From Geobacteraceae bacterium (GTDB lineage Bacteria > Desulfobacterota > Desulfuromonadia > Desulfuromonadales > BM103): a DNA stretch of 64,000 bases. The notes beneath the pieces were generated by a model. The model was not told the DNA's origin and searched no databases. It saw nothing but the letters and a program-made list of their open reading frames with translations. Positions 26,393-35,819 of the stretch are shown here, one piece after another (within the stretch, counting starts at the first letter, position 1; the number at the start of each line of letters is the position of its first letter). Both the position numbers and the translations under genes were made by a program. The stretch covers positions 41,856 through 105,855 of the forward strand of contig JAHEDT010000006.1 of NCBI GenBank assembly GCA_024641085.1. The letters run 5' to 3'.

Positions 26393-29071
26393 GTGAGTAC
26401 GCACTCCCCCCGCGGCCCGGAGCGTCTATCGGTGAGTAACAAGGATTTTTATCGTCAGCCGGTCGATGACATCTTCATTCTCCTGGACTCACGCCCCACA
26501 GGGTTGTCCGCCGAAGAGGTCCGTGGCCGTCAGGCTGCTTATGGCTTCAATGAGCTCCAGACTGAAACGTCTGTCAACCCCCTGATTATATTCATCAACC
26601 AGTTTAAAAGCTTCATCATCTACATCCTGCTGTTCGCAGTCGTCTTTTCTCTGCTCATCGGCGAATATGTCGATACCATCATCATCCTGACGATCCTGCT
26701 GGCCAACGCGGTGATCGGCTTCTTTCAGGAGCTGAGCGCCCACCGTTCCCTGGAGGCCCTGAAAAAAATCAGTACGGTGCAGGCCACCGTGGTTCGTGCC
26801 GGCAGGGTTGGCAAGGTGGCCGCCCGGCAACTGGTCCCCGGTGATATCGTCCAGCTTGAAGCTGGCGACAAGATCCCGGCCGATCTGCGGATCATGGAGT
26901 CTGTGCTACTCAAGGTCGAGGAGTCTGCCCTGACTGGAGAGAGCTTTCCGGTCGATAAGAGCAGCAGGTTGATTGCCAGTGAAGTCCCCCTCGGCGACCG
27001 TAAAAACATGCTGTTTTCCGCCACCTCGGTAGCAACCGGTCACGCGAGGGCAATTGTCGTAAGGACCGGAATGCAGACCGAACTGGGCAGGATCACAACC
27101 CTGATCAAGGAGGCCGAAGAAGAGCTGACGCCTTTGCAGAGGCGTCTCGACCGATTCGGTAAAAAACTTGGATTCGCGATCATTTTTATCTGTCTCATGG
27201 TCTTTATCCTCTCCTTCTGCAGGGCTCTGGCCGGTGAAACCTTGTCCATGGAGGTGGTCGTGGCTTTCGCCTTTGTCGCCATCAGCCTTGCCGTGGCTGC
27301 GGTCCCGACCGCCCTACCGGCAGTGGTGACCATTGCGCTGAGCATCGGGGTCAAACGACTGCTGGCAAAACAGGCCCTGGTGCGCAACCTTTCCTCGGTG
27401 GAAACCCTGGGCAGCTGCGACGTCATCTGCACCGACAAAACCGGCACCCTGACCGAAAACCAGATGACCGTCCGCCAGGCCTGGACCCTGGCCGGAGAAA
27501 TGACCCTCTCCGGAACTGGTTATGAGCCGGCGGGCGCAGTCACCGGATCGGTTCCCCGGGAACTTTTCCTCTGTGGCCTGCTCTGCAACAATGCAAGTCT
27601 CTACACAGAAGAGCACGGTTGGCAGATTGCCGGCGACCCGACCGAGGCCGCGCTATTGACCAGCGCCGCCAAGGCCGGTGTCCATGGCGAGGCGCGCAGG
27701 GTGGACGAGTTCCCATTCGACCCGGACCGCAAGTTGATGAGTGTGCGCTGCGCCTGGCAGGGCGGTGAGCAGATCTACACCAAAGGGGCCCTGGACCGGT
27801 TGCTCGAATGCTGTACCCTGGTACTCGAAGGCGAACGGCAGGTCCCTCTGACCACCGCTCATGTGGAGCTTATCGAGAGGCAGCATGCCTTGTATGCCGC
27901 GAAGTCGATGCGGGTCCTTGCTTTTGCAACCCGGCGCATCAGTGCGGAAGACGATTTCCGGGAGGTGTCTCTGACATTTATCGGCCTGCAGGCGATGATT
28001 GATCCGCCACGGCCGGACGTGATCGAGTCGATCGCCAGGACCAGGCAGGCGGGCATCCGGGTGATCATGGTTACCGGAGATTACGGCGAGACGGCCAGGG
28101 CTATCGGCAGGGAGGTCGGCATCACGGGTGCCCTGATCAGCGGGGCGGAACTGGAACAGATGGACGATGCCGCTCTGTGCAAGGCCCTGGAAGAGGGCAC
28201 CAATCTCTTTTCAAGGGTCGCCCCGGAGCATAAGTACCGTATCGTCGGAGCCCTGCAGAAGATGGGGCACACCGTAGCCATGACCGGGGACGGGGTCAAT
28301 GATGCCCCGGCCCTGAAAAGGGCCAATATCGGTGTGGCGGTGGGCAGCGGCACCGAAGTGGCCAAAGATGCGGCTGACTTCGTGCTGCTCGACAATAGCT
28401 TTACGCACATCGTCAACGCCATCGAAGAAGGGCGCGGCATCTATGACAACATCCAGAAATCGATCATGCTGCTGCTTTCCGGTAACCTCGGCGAGGTACT
28501 GATCATCTTCCTGGCCGCACTGTTCGGTATGAATCTACCCCTCACTGCCATCCTGCTCTTGTGGATCAACATGGTGACCGACGGCGCTCCGGCACTGGCC
28601 TATAGCGTCGACCCCTACGGTCGGAATATCATGCAGCGTCCGCCGAAGCCGCACGACGAGGGGCTCCTGCCCCGGCCCAAACTGGCCCTGATCAGTGTTC
28701 TCGGCTGTGTCGGCACCGCTATCGCCCTGACCTTGTTCGACTGCTCCGGCGGCAATTCGATCGAGCCTGGCGAGGTGCTGCGCGCCCAGACCATGGTCTT
28801 CAATTTCGTAGTGCTCTATGAAGTGATCCTGATTTTCGTCATCCGCAGCGGTTACCGGGTGTCCTTCTGGGCCAACAAGTGGGTCTGGGCCGCCGCCACG
28901 CTCTCCGTGGTTCTACAGGCGATTCTGATGTACACCCCTCTGGCCGAGGTCTTCAGGATTGTTCCGCTCGGTTTGGTCGATATCGCAGCACTGCTCGGTG
29001 CCGGTCTGCTGTTCGGGCTGGCCGCCCTGCTGTATCAGGTGGTCGCGCGCAGCATATTCAAGATGACCTGA
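26393..29071 (+). CDS. cation-transporting P-type ATPase (type II, Ca2+/Mg2+-ATPase-like)
   Basis: Motifs TGES, CTDKTGTLT, PEHKYRIV and TGDGVNDAPALK, about 10 TM helices. Start is GTG 26393 or GTG 26432. Confidence 0.9.
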   Translation: MSTHSPRGPERLSVSNKDFYRQPVDDIFILLDSRPTGLSAEEVRGRQAAYGFNELQTETSVNPLIIFINQFKSFIIYILLFAVVFSLLIGEYVDTIIILTILLANAVIGFFQELSAHRSLEALKKISTVQATVVRAGRVGKVAARQLVPGDIVQLEAGDKIPADLRIMESVLLKVEESALTGESFPVDKSSRLIASEVPLGDRKNMLFSATSVATGHARAIVVRTGMQTELGRITTLIKEAEEELTPLQRRLDRFGKKLGFAIIFICLMVFILSFCRALAGETLSMEVVVAFAFVAISLAVAAVPTALPAVVTIALSIGVKRLLAKQALVRNLSSVETLGSCDVICTDKTGTLTENQMTVRQAWTLAGEMTLSGTGYEPAGAVTGSVPRELFLCGLLCNNASLYTEEHGWQIAGDPTEAALLTSAAKAGVHGEARRVDEFPFDPDRKLMSVRCAWQGGEQIYTKGALDRLLECCTLVLEGERQVPLTTAHVELIERQHALYAAKSMRVLAFATRRISAEDDFREVSLTFIGLQAMIDPPRPDVIESIARTRQAGIRVIMVTGDYGETARAIGREVGITGALISGAELEQMDDAALCKALEEGTNLFSRVAPEHKYRIVGALQKMGHTVAMTGDGVNDAPALKRANIGVAVGSGTEVAKDAADFVLLDNSFTHIVNAIEEGRGIYDNIQKSIMLLLSGNLGEVLIIFLAALFGMNLPLTAILLLWINMVTDGAPALAYSVDPYGRNIMQRPPKPHDEGLLPRPKLALISVLGCVGTAIALTLFDCSGGNSIEPGEVLRAQTMVFNFVVLYEVILIFVIRSGYRVSFWANKWVWAAATLSVVLQAILMYTPLAEVFRIVPLGLVDIAALLGAGLLFGLAALLYQVVARSIFKMT

Positions 29072-29137
29072 ACGGCTTCTGAGTCCGATTGAGGTCGCAG
29101 CCTTTGTCAACACCTCTCCAGAGCTTTTTGTGCTGAG

Positions 29138-29776
29138 TTATCCAAGGAATGACGAGACCACCCTGGAGAGGGCGTTGCCCAGAGTCAGATGCTGCGCCCC
29201 ATCCAAATGGACACCATCCAATTCGCTTGTGGTGATGACGGTTCCCGAGTCGAAGAACATACATCCTGTTTCTTCACAGACTTTTTGCAATGCGGCGGCC
29301 AAACCTGCACACTTGTTTTCCGCACCCTCGAATTTGGGTGCGACTGGTCCCTTAGGCATGCGGATGGCTGGCGGCGCGACCACCAGTATCCGTGGGATGG
29401 GCATGCCCGGCTCGATCGGTGCACTGCGGATCGCCGAGACCAGCACGGCGATGCCCTGGGCAGAATGCCAGGCATTATGCTGGTGCATGGACTGGAAGTC
29501 GTTCGTGCCCAGCAGGAGAATAACCAATTCTAGTGGCGAGTGACTTTCGATTTTTTGCGCCAGCCCGACGAGACCGTTTCTTCCTGCCTTGTAGGGGTCA
29601 TCCCATACGGTTCGGCGGCCATTGAGACAATCTTCGATGACCCGGACTTGCTGCCCTGAATTATCCAGGGCCGCTTCCATGACTCCAGGCCAGCGTTGAT
29701 CAAAAGCATAGCGTTGGCGCGTGAGGGGGATTATCCCCCATGACAGGGAATCAGCATAAACCAAAATTTGTTTCAT
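29138..29776 (-). CDS. SGNH/GDSL hydrolase (arylesterase/acyltransferase-like)
   Basis: Block I VYADSLSWG, GTND block, and C-terminal DGVHL. Confidence 0.85.
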   Translation of the reverse strand: MKQILVYADSLSWGIIPLTRQRYAFDQRWPGVMEAALDNSGQQVRVIEDCLNGRRTVWDDPYKAGRNGLVGLAQKIESHSPLELVILLLGTNDFQSMHQHNAWHSAQGIAVLVSAIRSAPIEPGMPIPRILVVAPPAIRMPKGPVAPKFEGAENKCAGLAAALQKVCEETGCMFFDSGTVITTSELDGVHLDGAQHLTLGNALSRVVSSFLG

Positions 29777-30114
29777 GGAATCTCCGGTATGTGCGGCAGG
29801 GCATCAGCTGGCCTGCGCTGTTGAAAAGAGCCCTTGCTGGAGACAGTCTGCTCCAATATCCGACCCTGGCCTAGTAGTTATTGTACCGGTGCGAAGCGGA
29901 GAAATCCAACCGGTTTGAGCACCCTGAGCGATCATAAAAATGTCTGCAGGGAATTACGGCTCACCAGGATATTGGCTATGCATGGTTCCCTGTTCGATGG
30001 GATCAAAAAAGAGAGCATTTTAGCCGTGGGAGCGACGTCCGGGAGGAGGGTCGCTTGATCCCGGCAGCCCGCGGTCATTCCCCGCCCACTGTTGTCGAGC
30101 AGCAGTTCAGTGAC

Positions 30115-30621
30115 TTAACGAGCGATTCCCCGGCTGAGGAGCGCGGCCCGCAGTGCTTCAACCCGCTCACGGTTGACACCGAAGTCTGAATACCCAAGAC
30201 GCGCAGCAGAGCGAATCGCAATGATCCCTTCGGAAGGGCGCAGGTTAAGCTCAAGGTCGTCAATGAATCCCAGCAGGGCACTTCGACACTCGGCGTGAAG
30301 ATAGCCCGGCGCCTCGCTGACGATGTGGGTGCGCGGCAATTCGGCCACTTGCTCTCGTGCGGCTTGCCAGGCCTCGGTGGCAGGCGCGGCAAGCTGCAGG
30401 GGTGCGATGCGATGATTATTGTCCTGGGCATCACTGGAAACACAGTTCGGAGAGGACGGACAGGGTGCCAGCCCGGAGTCAGAGACGCCGAGGTTGGCAG
30501 GGCTGTTTCCCGTGCAGGCAGCTAGGCAAAGGGCAGCAAGAGGTATGGCAAGTCCGATGAGGAGCCCCCTGAACAATGGCTTGACGTTCTGTATGAGGGT
30601 AATCCGGGTGAACAGTTGCAT
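30115..30621 (-). CDS. DUF1499 family lipoprotein
   Basis: Start preferred at MQLFTRI (ATG 30621). Lipobox LAAC and a PNCVSS motif typical of DUF1499. Confidence 0.75.
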   Translation of the reverse strand: MQLFTRITLIQNVKPLFRGLLIGLAIPLAALCLAACTGNSPANLGVSDSGLAPCPSSPNCVSSDAQDNNHRIAPLQLAAPATEAWQAAREQVAELPRTHIVSEAPGYLHAECRSALLGFIDDLELNLRPSEGIIAIRSAARLGYSDFGVNRERVEALRAALLSRGIAR

Positions 30622-30672
30622 ATGCAGTCCCTGCCTGGTGCGATGAGACAGCGGCACTTGGGGTGCCGTGAA

Positions 30673-31503
30673 CTAGTGAGACATCAGCACAGGTACAGTC
30701 ATCGATTCCAGGATGGTTCGGGTCGCGCCGCCCAGCACCCATTCCTTGAGCCGCGAATGGCCGTAGCCGCCCATGACGATCAGGTCGGCGGAAAGGTCGG
30801 CTGCACGCGAAAGCAGCTCATTCCCCACATCGATCTCGGCGCCGGGATCCAAGGCCACGTCCACGCGCACACCATGACGCGCAAGATAGAGGCCGATATC
30901 GGCGCCGGGAATCTTGCCGTGCTCCCCGTATCCGGGGCCGACCGCCATGATCTTGACCTTGTCTGCACGCTGCAGCAGTGGGATCGCGTCGATGACGGCC
31001 CGGGTTGCCTCGCGGCTGGCATTCCAGGCGACCAGAATGCGCTTGCCGATCCTGGGGAAACTGCCGACGTTGGGCAGGATCAGCACCGGCCGCCCGGCAG
31101 CAAGGACTACGCGTGCCGCAAAATCTGCAGGGATATCAATGTTGTCCTCAGCATCACCCTGGCCGATCACGATCAGGTCGGCGTATCGCGCATGCAAGGT
31201 CACTGCGCCGGCGGGGTCGTCGTGGGCGGTCCGCCACTCAACATTCCTGAGCCCCGCTGTCGACGTCAATCTGGTGAAATCCGCTTCGGCGCGCGCCATT
31301 TCCAACGCGGCAGCTTTCTGCTGGGCTTGTATGATCTCACCACCGACTTGGGCCATCAGATAGCCCGGGAGGACAAACGGTGCCAGTGCGTAGAGTGCGA
31401 CCAGATGGGCATCGTATTGTATGGCCAGGCCAATGGCGACTTCAAGACGCGCTGCGCAGCGCTTGCCGGGATCGATGTGAACAAGGATCGTCTTGTAGCT
31501 CAT
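30673..31503 (-). CDS. universal stress protein, tandem UspA domains
   Basis: Two USP repeats, each ending in a G-x2-G-x9-G(S/T)-like motif (LIVIGQG..; LIVMGGYGHSRLKEWVLGGATR). Confidence 0.85.
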   Translation of the reverse strand: MSYKTILVHIDPGKRCAARLEVAIGLAIQYDAHLVALYALAPFVLPGYLMAQVGGEIIQAQQKAAALEMARAEADFTRLTSTAGLRNVEWRTAHDDPAGAVTLHARYADLIVIGQGDAEDNIDIPADFAARVVLAAGRPVLILPNVGSFPRIGKRILVAWNASREATRAVIDAIPLLQRADKVKIMAVGPGYGEHGKIPGADIGLYLARHGVRVDVALDPGAEIDVGNELLSRAADLSADLIVMGGYGHSRLKEWVLGGATRTILESMTVPVLMSH

Positions 31504-31720
31504 GGGATTTATCTCCTTTTGCCTGGTCGGTCGCTAGTTTCCTGTCTCCCTGTACAATAGTTAGCTGTTTCTAATATTTATAGCAGGCCAACACGCCATG
31601 TCAAACCGTCGTCATGCCAGGGAGAATTACGCACGTGAGCAAAAAAAAACTTAATTCGCTCAGCTTTGACGCGTCCTGGTTCCCGTTATTTCATTGATGA
31701 GAGGATTTATTAACCGAAGC

Positions 31721-31907
31721 TTGCTGGGCCGTGCATTGATTACCGCTTGGTATGCCTTGGTGAGGGCATTCGGTAACCAGAATCCAGAATCCGGAATAAG
31801 TCCCGACAGCCAGGTGACGCCGCGCGTTTTTTCTGCCTACTGGATACTGTATTCTGGATACCCCGAGGCTTGCCGCGGGGCAGTGAGGACCGGCAAAGCC
31901 CCGCTGC
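31721..31907 (+). repeat. copy A of a ~190-nt structured intergenic repeat
   Basis: It shares a 27/31 5-prime block and a 31/32 core (CAGAATCCGGAATAAGTCCCGACRGCCAGGTG) with 50010-50204. An 18-position interrupted hairpin pairs 31777-31794 with 31840-31857. Confidence 0.6.
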
Positions 31908-31920
31908 TGACGACTCACCG

Positions 31921-33126
31921 TCAGCCGATGACTTCCATGACCCGCTCGGCAATATGCTCACCGATGCTCAATGATGCCGTCGCCGCCGGTGACGGGGCGT
32001 TGAGGACGTGGACCATGCGCGCTTCGCTGAGGATGCGGAAATCATCGACCAGGCGCCCTTGGGCGTCGACCGCCTGGGCCCGCACACCACTGCCGCCGGG
32101 GACCAGGTCGCTGCTCCTGATCTCCGGCATGAGGCGCTGCAGACTTTTGACGAAGAGCCTCTTCGAAAAAGAGCGGCCATGCTCCTCGATCCCCACCCGC
32201 CAGAAACGGGCGGCCAGTTTCCAGAATCCAACGAAACTCATGGTCTCTGCCAGGTCGCGCAGCGAGATGTCGCTGCGACGATAACCCTCGCGGCGCCAGG
32301 CCAGCACGGCGTTGGGGCCGGCTTCGACAGTGCCGTCGATCATGCGGGTGAAATGGACGCCGAGAAACGGCATCTGCGGATCGGGAACCGGGTAAATGAG
32401 GTGCTTGACCAGGCTGCTGCGCTGCGGCTTGAATTCATAGTATTCGCCGCGGAACGGGACGATGCGTACGTCAGGGAAAAGCCCGGCAGACCTGGCGACA
32501 CGGTCGGCATGCAACCCGGCGCAGTTGACCAGGCCTCGGGCCTGGGCGATGTCACTGCCGACCTGCAGGAGGTAGGTGTCGTGCTCCTTGCGGATCTGTG
32601 TGACTGGTGTGCCCAGCAGAATAGTCCCCCCTCGTGACTGGAAGAGCTCAGCCATCTTCCGGGCAACGCCGATGTAATCGACGATGCCGGTCTGCGGCAC
32701 AAACAGCCCCGCTATTCCCCTGGCATGCGGCTCATGTTTGCGCAACTCGGTGGCGGTCAGTCGCTGCAGGCCGTCTAGACCGTTGGCGTGACCGCGGCGC
32801 TCGAGTTCTTCCAGGGCTGGCAGCTCCGATTCGTCAACCGCGACGACGATTTTGCCGCAGCGCTGGTGGGGGATGTCGTGTTCGGTGCAGAAGCGGTAAA
32901 GCGCTTCCCGTCCGGAGGTGCAGGTGGCGGCCTTGAGAGAGTCCGGTCGGTAGTAGAGACCGGCGTGGATCACGCCGCTGTTGTGGCCGGTCTGGTGGGT
33001 CGCCAGCTGGTCTTCTTTCTCGAACAGGACGATCTTCAGGCCGGGATCGCGCGATGCGATGGCCAGGGCGGTGGCACACCCGACGATACCGCCGCCAATA
33101 ATGGCCAGGTCCGCAGATAATTTCAT
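31921..33126 (-). CDS. lhgO: L-2-hydroxyglutarate oxidase-like FAD oxidoreductase
   Basis: DLAIIGGGIVGCATA FAD fold and C-terminal VLNAPSPAATASLSIGE, typical of LhgO/YgaF. Confidence 0.82.
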   Translation of the reverse strand: MKLSADLAIIGGGIVGCATALAIASRDPGLKIVLFEKEDQLATHQTGHNSGVIHAGLYYRPDSLKAATCTSGREALYRFCTEHDIPHQRCGKIVVAVDESELPALEELERRGHANGLDGLQRLTATELRKHEPHARGIAGLFVPQTGIVDYIGVARKMAELFQSRGGTILLGTPVTQIRKEHDTYLLQVGSDIAQARGLVNCAGLHADRVARSAGLFPDVRIVPFRGEYYEFKPQRSSLVKHLIYPVPDPQMPFLGVHFTRMIDGTVEAGPNAVLAWRREGYRRSDISLRDLAETMSFVGFWKLAARFWRVGIEEHGRSFSKRLFVKSLQRLMPEIRSSDLVPGGSGVRAQAVDAQGRLVDDFRILSEARMVHVLNAPSPAATASLSIGEHIAERVMEVIG

Positions 33127-33259
33127 GGGTCGTCATCCTTCGCTTTGCCAAGGGCCGGGCGCGGTCCGGTCAGGCACGCTTGCAGAGGTTTTGATCCTGG
33201 CCGGGAGGCTGTGGCGTGTTACTATTCTACCTTGTTTCTACTGTAGCAACAGGGTCGTG

Positions 33260-34228
33260 TCAAACCTTCCGGCAACTGCTCTCATCAGCCTGTTCGACAG
33301 CTTCCGCTCGCAGGTCAATGGCCCGGATCAGGGCATGGACGGCCCGCGTGTAGGGAAATTCGTCGTCGTTGATGGCATAGCGCAGCACACCCCCGGAAAT
33401 GACGTCGATCTCCGTACGCCGCCCGGCGGTCACGTCCTGAAGCATGGAGGTCCTGTTCATGGCGGTACGGACGAGGTTATCGCCCATCAGCTTCCATATG
33501 GCATGGTAATCGAGAGGCACGCCGGCCCTCACTGCTGCGGCAACCGTTTCTCGGCCCAGGTGCTGCATCAATTCCCGGGCCGGAGGATTGTTGCCGGCCT
33601 CTCCGTTGCGCATGCCGGTCAGTGCGGTGACGGTGTTGAGCATTGCGTTGATGGCCAGCTTGGTCCAGATTGCTGGCCGGGGGTCGTCGACCCGTGCGAC
33701 CTGCAGGCCTGCGCTCCGCAGCAGTTGAGTGATCCATTCGATGTCTGTACCGCCGGTCCAGGGTCCAATGGTGATCTGCCCGTCGCCGCCCCAGCCGACA
33801 ATTCCCGGGGCGATGCCGAAGGCCCCGTAGGTCGCGACCCCGGCGGCGGCTCGTTGCGGGCCGAACAGCCCGGCCAGTACCTCGGCGTTGCCCAGGCCGT
33901 TCTGCAGCGTCAGCACCATGCCGTCGGCCGTCAGTATGCTGCCGAGCGGTTCAAGCTCCGCTGTGCTGTAAGCCTTGACCAGAACGATGACCAGGCGCGA
34001 CGGGGCCAATTGCGCCGGGTCATCGGATATCGCATGCAGCCGGTAGCGTCGCGTGGCGCCATCACGGTCCTTGTCGAGGGTGATACCGTTCTCACGCAGA
34101 GCCTGCAGTTGCCGTCCCGGACGCTGGAAGGCCTGGACTCTGTACCCTGCTTCAAGCAGGCGCGCGGCGAACAGGCTGCCTAGGGCGCCGCAGCCGGCAA
34201 TGGTGATCGTCAATGACGCGTCTTTCAT
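33260..34228 (-). CDS. ketopantoate reductase (PanE/ApbA) family protein
   Basis: Start at MKDASLTITIAGCGALGSLFA (ATG 34228). N-terminal Rossmann fold plus an ApbA C-terminal domain. Confidence 0.82.
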   Translation of the reverse strand: MKDASLTITIAGCGALGSLFAARLLEAGYRVQAFQRPGRQLQALRENGITLDKDRDGATRRYRLHAISDDPAQLAPSRLVIVLVKAYSTAELEPLGSILTADGMVLTLQNGLGNAEVLAGLFGPQRAAAGVATYGAFGIAPGIVGWGGDGQITIGPWTGGTDIEWITQLLRSAGLQVARVDDPRPAIWTKLAINAMLNTVTALTGMRNGEAGNNPPARELMQHLGRETVAAAVRAGVPLDYHAIWKLMGDNLVRTAMNRTSMLQDVTAGRRTEIDVISGGVLRYAINDDEFPYTRAVHALIRAIDLRAEAVEQADESSCRKV

Positions 34229-34265
34229 TCTGTAAACCCGCTTCTTCGTTTGGCGGCACATCTGC

Positions 34266-35495
34266 TCACGAAGCCGGAGCCGCATCTGCCGTGGCAAGTA
34301 CGTGGCTGGCATCCTGCTCCCTGATCGGCCAGTGCAGCCAGGCGGCCACAAGTCCCAACACCAAACCGGTCAGCCATATGCCGAGGTACGACCCGAACCG
34401 GGCGTACAGGTACCCACCCAACCAGACTCCACAGAAGCTGCCGATCTGATGACTCAGGAAGACCACCCCGTACAGAAAGGCCATGTACCGGGTCCCGAAC
34501 ATGACGGCGACCAGTCCGGTCGTCGGCGGCACGGTCGCCAGCCATAAGAAACCCATAACGGCACTGAAGATGAGAATGCTGGCCAGTGAGACCGGCATCA
34601 CCAGAAACAGGGCGATGGCCACTGCCCTGCCGAGGTAAATGCAGGACAGGATATAGGCCTTGGAGCGGCGGCCGCTCTGCACCCCGGAAATGTAGGCGCC
34701 GACGACATTGCACAGGCCGATCAGGCCGATGCTCCAGGCCCCGATCCTGGCGTCGAAGCCGAGGTCGACCACATACCCCGGCATATGCACGGTGATGAAG
34801 GCAACATGGAATCCGCAGACGAAGAAGCCGAGCACCAACAGGGTGTAGGAAGGGACGCGGAACGCACGTCTCAGGATCGTAGCCAGAGGCAGCTTGAGGT
34901 CGGCGGCGCTGCTCTCCGCTGCGCCGCTGTAAGGTGCGAGGGGCAAAGCCAGCACAGCCATCAGGAGCGCCGACAGGCTCATCCACTGCAGAGCCTCGAA
35001 CCAGCCCAGCCATTCAACGGCCTGCTGCATGAACGGCACGATGAGGAACTGGCCGAAACTGCCGGCCGATGTGCCGAGCCCGAGTGCCCATCCTCGCCTG
35101 TCGGGCGGTACGGCCCGGGCCAGCGCGGGCAGGACAATGCCGAAGGAGGTGCCCGCAATCCCCGCCCCGAGCAGGATCCCTGCCATTGCGATCATGCCGG
35201 CCTCAGTGCTGGCGTAGGCCATGCCGAGCATGCCGGCGGCATAGCAGAGAACCCCCACCAGCAGCACCATCAGATTGCCGTAACGGTCCGCCAACCCGCC
35301 AGCGAACACGGCGATAATCCCCCAGGACAGGTTCTGGATCGCCAGGGCCATGGACATGACATCGCGGCCCCAGCCGTGGCTCTCCGAGATTGGCTTGAGA
35401 AAGAGGCCGAACCCGGCTCGGTAGCCGAAGGAGAGCATCAGCAACACGCATGCGCTGATCAGCAGGGGGGCGACAGGAGCTAGTCTTGCTTTCAT
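34266..35495 (-). CDS. MFS transporter
   Basis: Start at MKARLAPVAPLL (ATG 35495). 12 predicted TM helices. GGLADRYG-type loop motif. Confidence 0.85.
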   Translation of the reverse strand: MKARLAPVAPLLISACVLLMLSFGYRAGFGLFLKPISESHGWGRDVMSMALAIQNLSWGIIAVFAGGLADRYGNLMVLLVGVLCYAAGMLGMAYASTEAGMIAMAGILLGAGIAGTSFGIVLPALARAVPPDRRGWALGLGTSAGSFGQFLIVPFMQQAVEWLGWFEALQWMSLSALLMAVLALPLAPYSGAAESSAADLKLPLATILRRAFRVPSYTLLVLGFFVCGFHVAFITVHMPGYVVDLGFDARIGAWSIGLIGLCNVVGAYISGVQSGRRSKAYILSCIYLGRAVAIALFLVMPVSLASILIFSAVMGFLWLATVPPTTGLVAVMFGTRYMAFLYGVVFLSHQIGSFCGVWLGGYLYARFGSYLGIWLTGLVLGLVAAWLHWPIREQDASHVLATADAAPAS

Positions 35496-35736
35496 GGTGA
35501 TCTCTCTGCTCAGGAAGTGGTCCAAGACGCTAGCAGCAGAGCGACTGGATGACAACTGAAATCTGGCATTTCCCCTCGCCGCGTCGGATGCCGGATCTGG
35601 TCCGCAAACAAAAATATACGGTTGCCCCCTGATGCCAGAGCAATTCGGTTTTCATGGATGGTCTGTTATGCGCCCCAGATTAGAATAGCTGGTAAGCATG
35701 GCGTGGGGCAATCTCAGTCCCATGTTTGATAAAGTG

Positions 35737-35764
35737 TTGACAATATAGGATTCCGAGTTAAGCT
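35737..35764 (+). promoter_or_regulatory. candidate sigma70 promoter of the peroxiredoxin gene
   Basis: TTGACA (35737-35742), 16-nt spacer, TAAGCT (35759-35764). Confidence 0.3.
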
Positions 35765-35819
35765 GGCCATGCTGGCTAGGGCTCAGGAAACAAATACCAA
35801 CCTTAAAGGAGGTGCTGTC

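Noticed and set aside
30657-30675. Second selenoprotein candidate: DUF1499 and USP ORFs share a frame
   Set aside because: The separating stop is TAG, not TGA, and the two proteins are unrelated complete families. Likewise 6593..6817 and 6824..7147 are separated by TAA.
30616-31560. 314-aa plus-strand ORF
   Set aside because: It is antisense to the tandem USP gene. The same reasoning applies to 32981..34183, 41791..42789, 47345..48019, 19825..20568, 36669..37388 and 38315..38920.
31721-31740. Sigma-54 promoter (TGGCAC-N5-TTGC) at the start of the repeat element, and at 35764-35777, 39650-39670 and 50292-50310
   Set aside because: GG and GC dinucleotides are present, but the GG-N10-GC spacing is wrong in every case.
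31691-31918. Minus-strand ORFs over the two repeat copies sharing the peptide HLAVGTYSGFWI (also 50048..50242)
   Set aside because: The shared peptide covers only the conserved nucleotide core. Indels between the copies shift the frame on both sides, so the conservation is at the nucleotide/structure level and not protein-coding.
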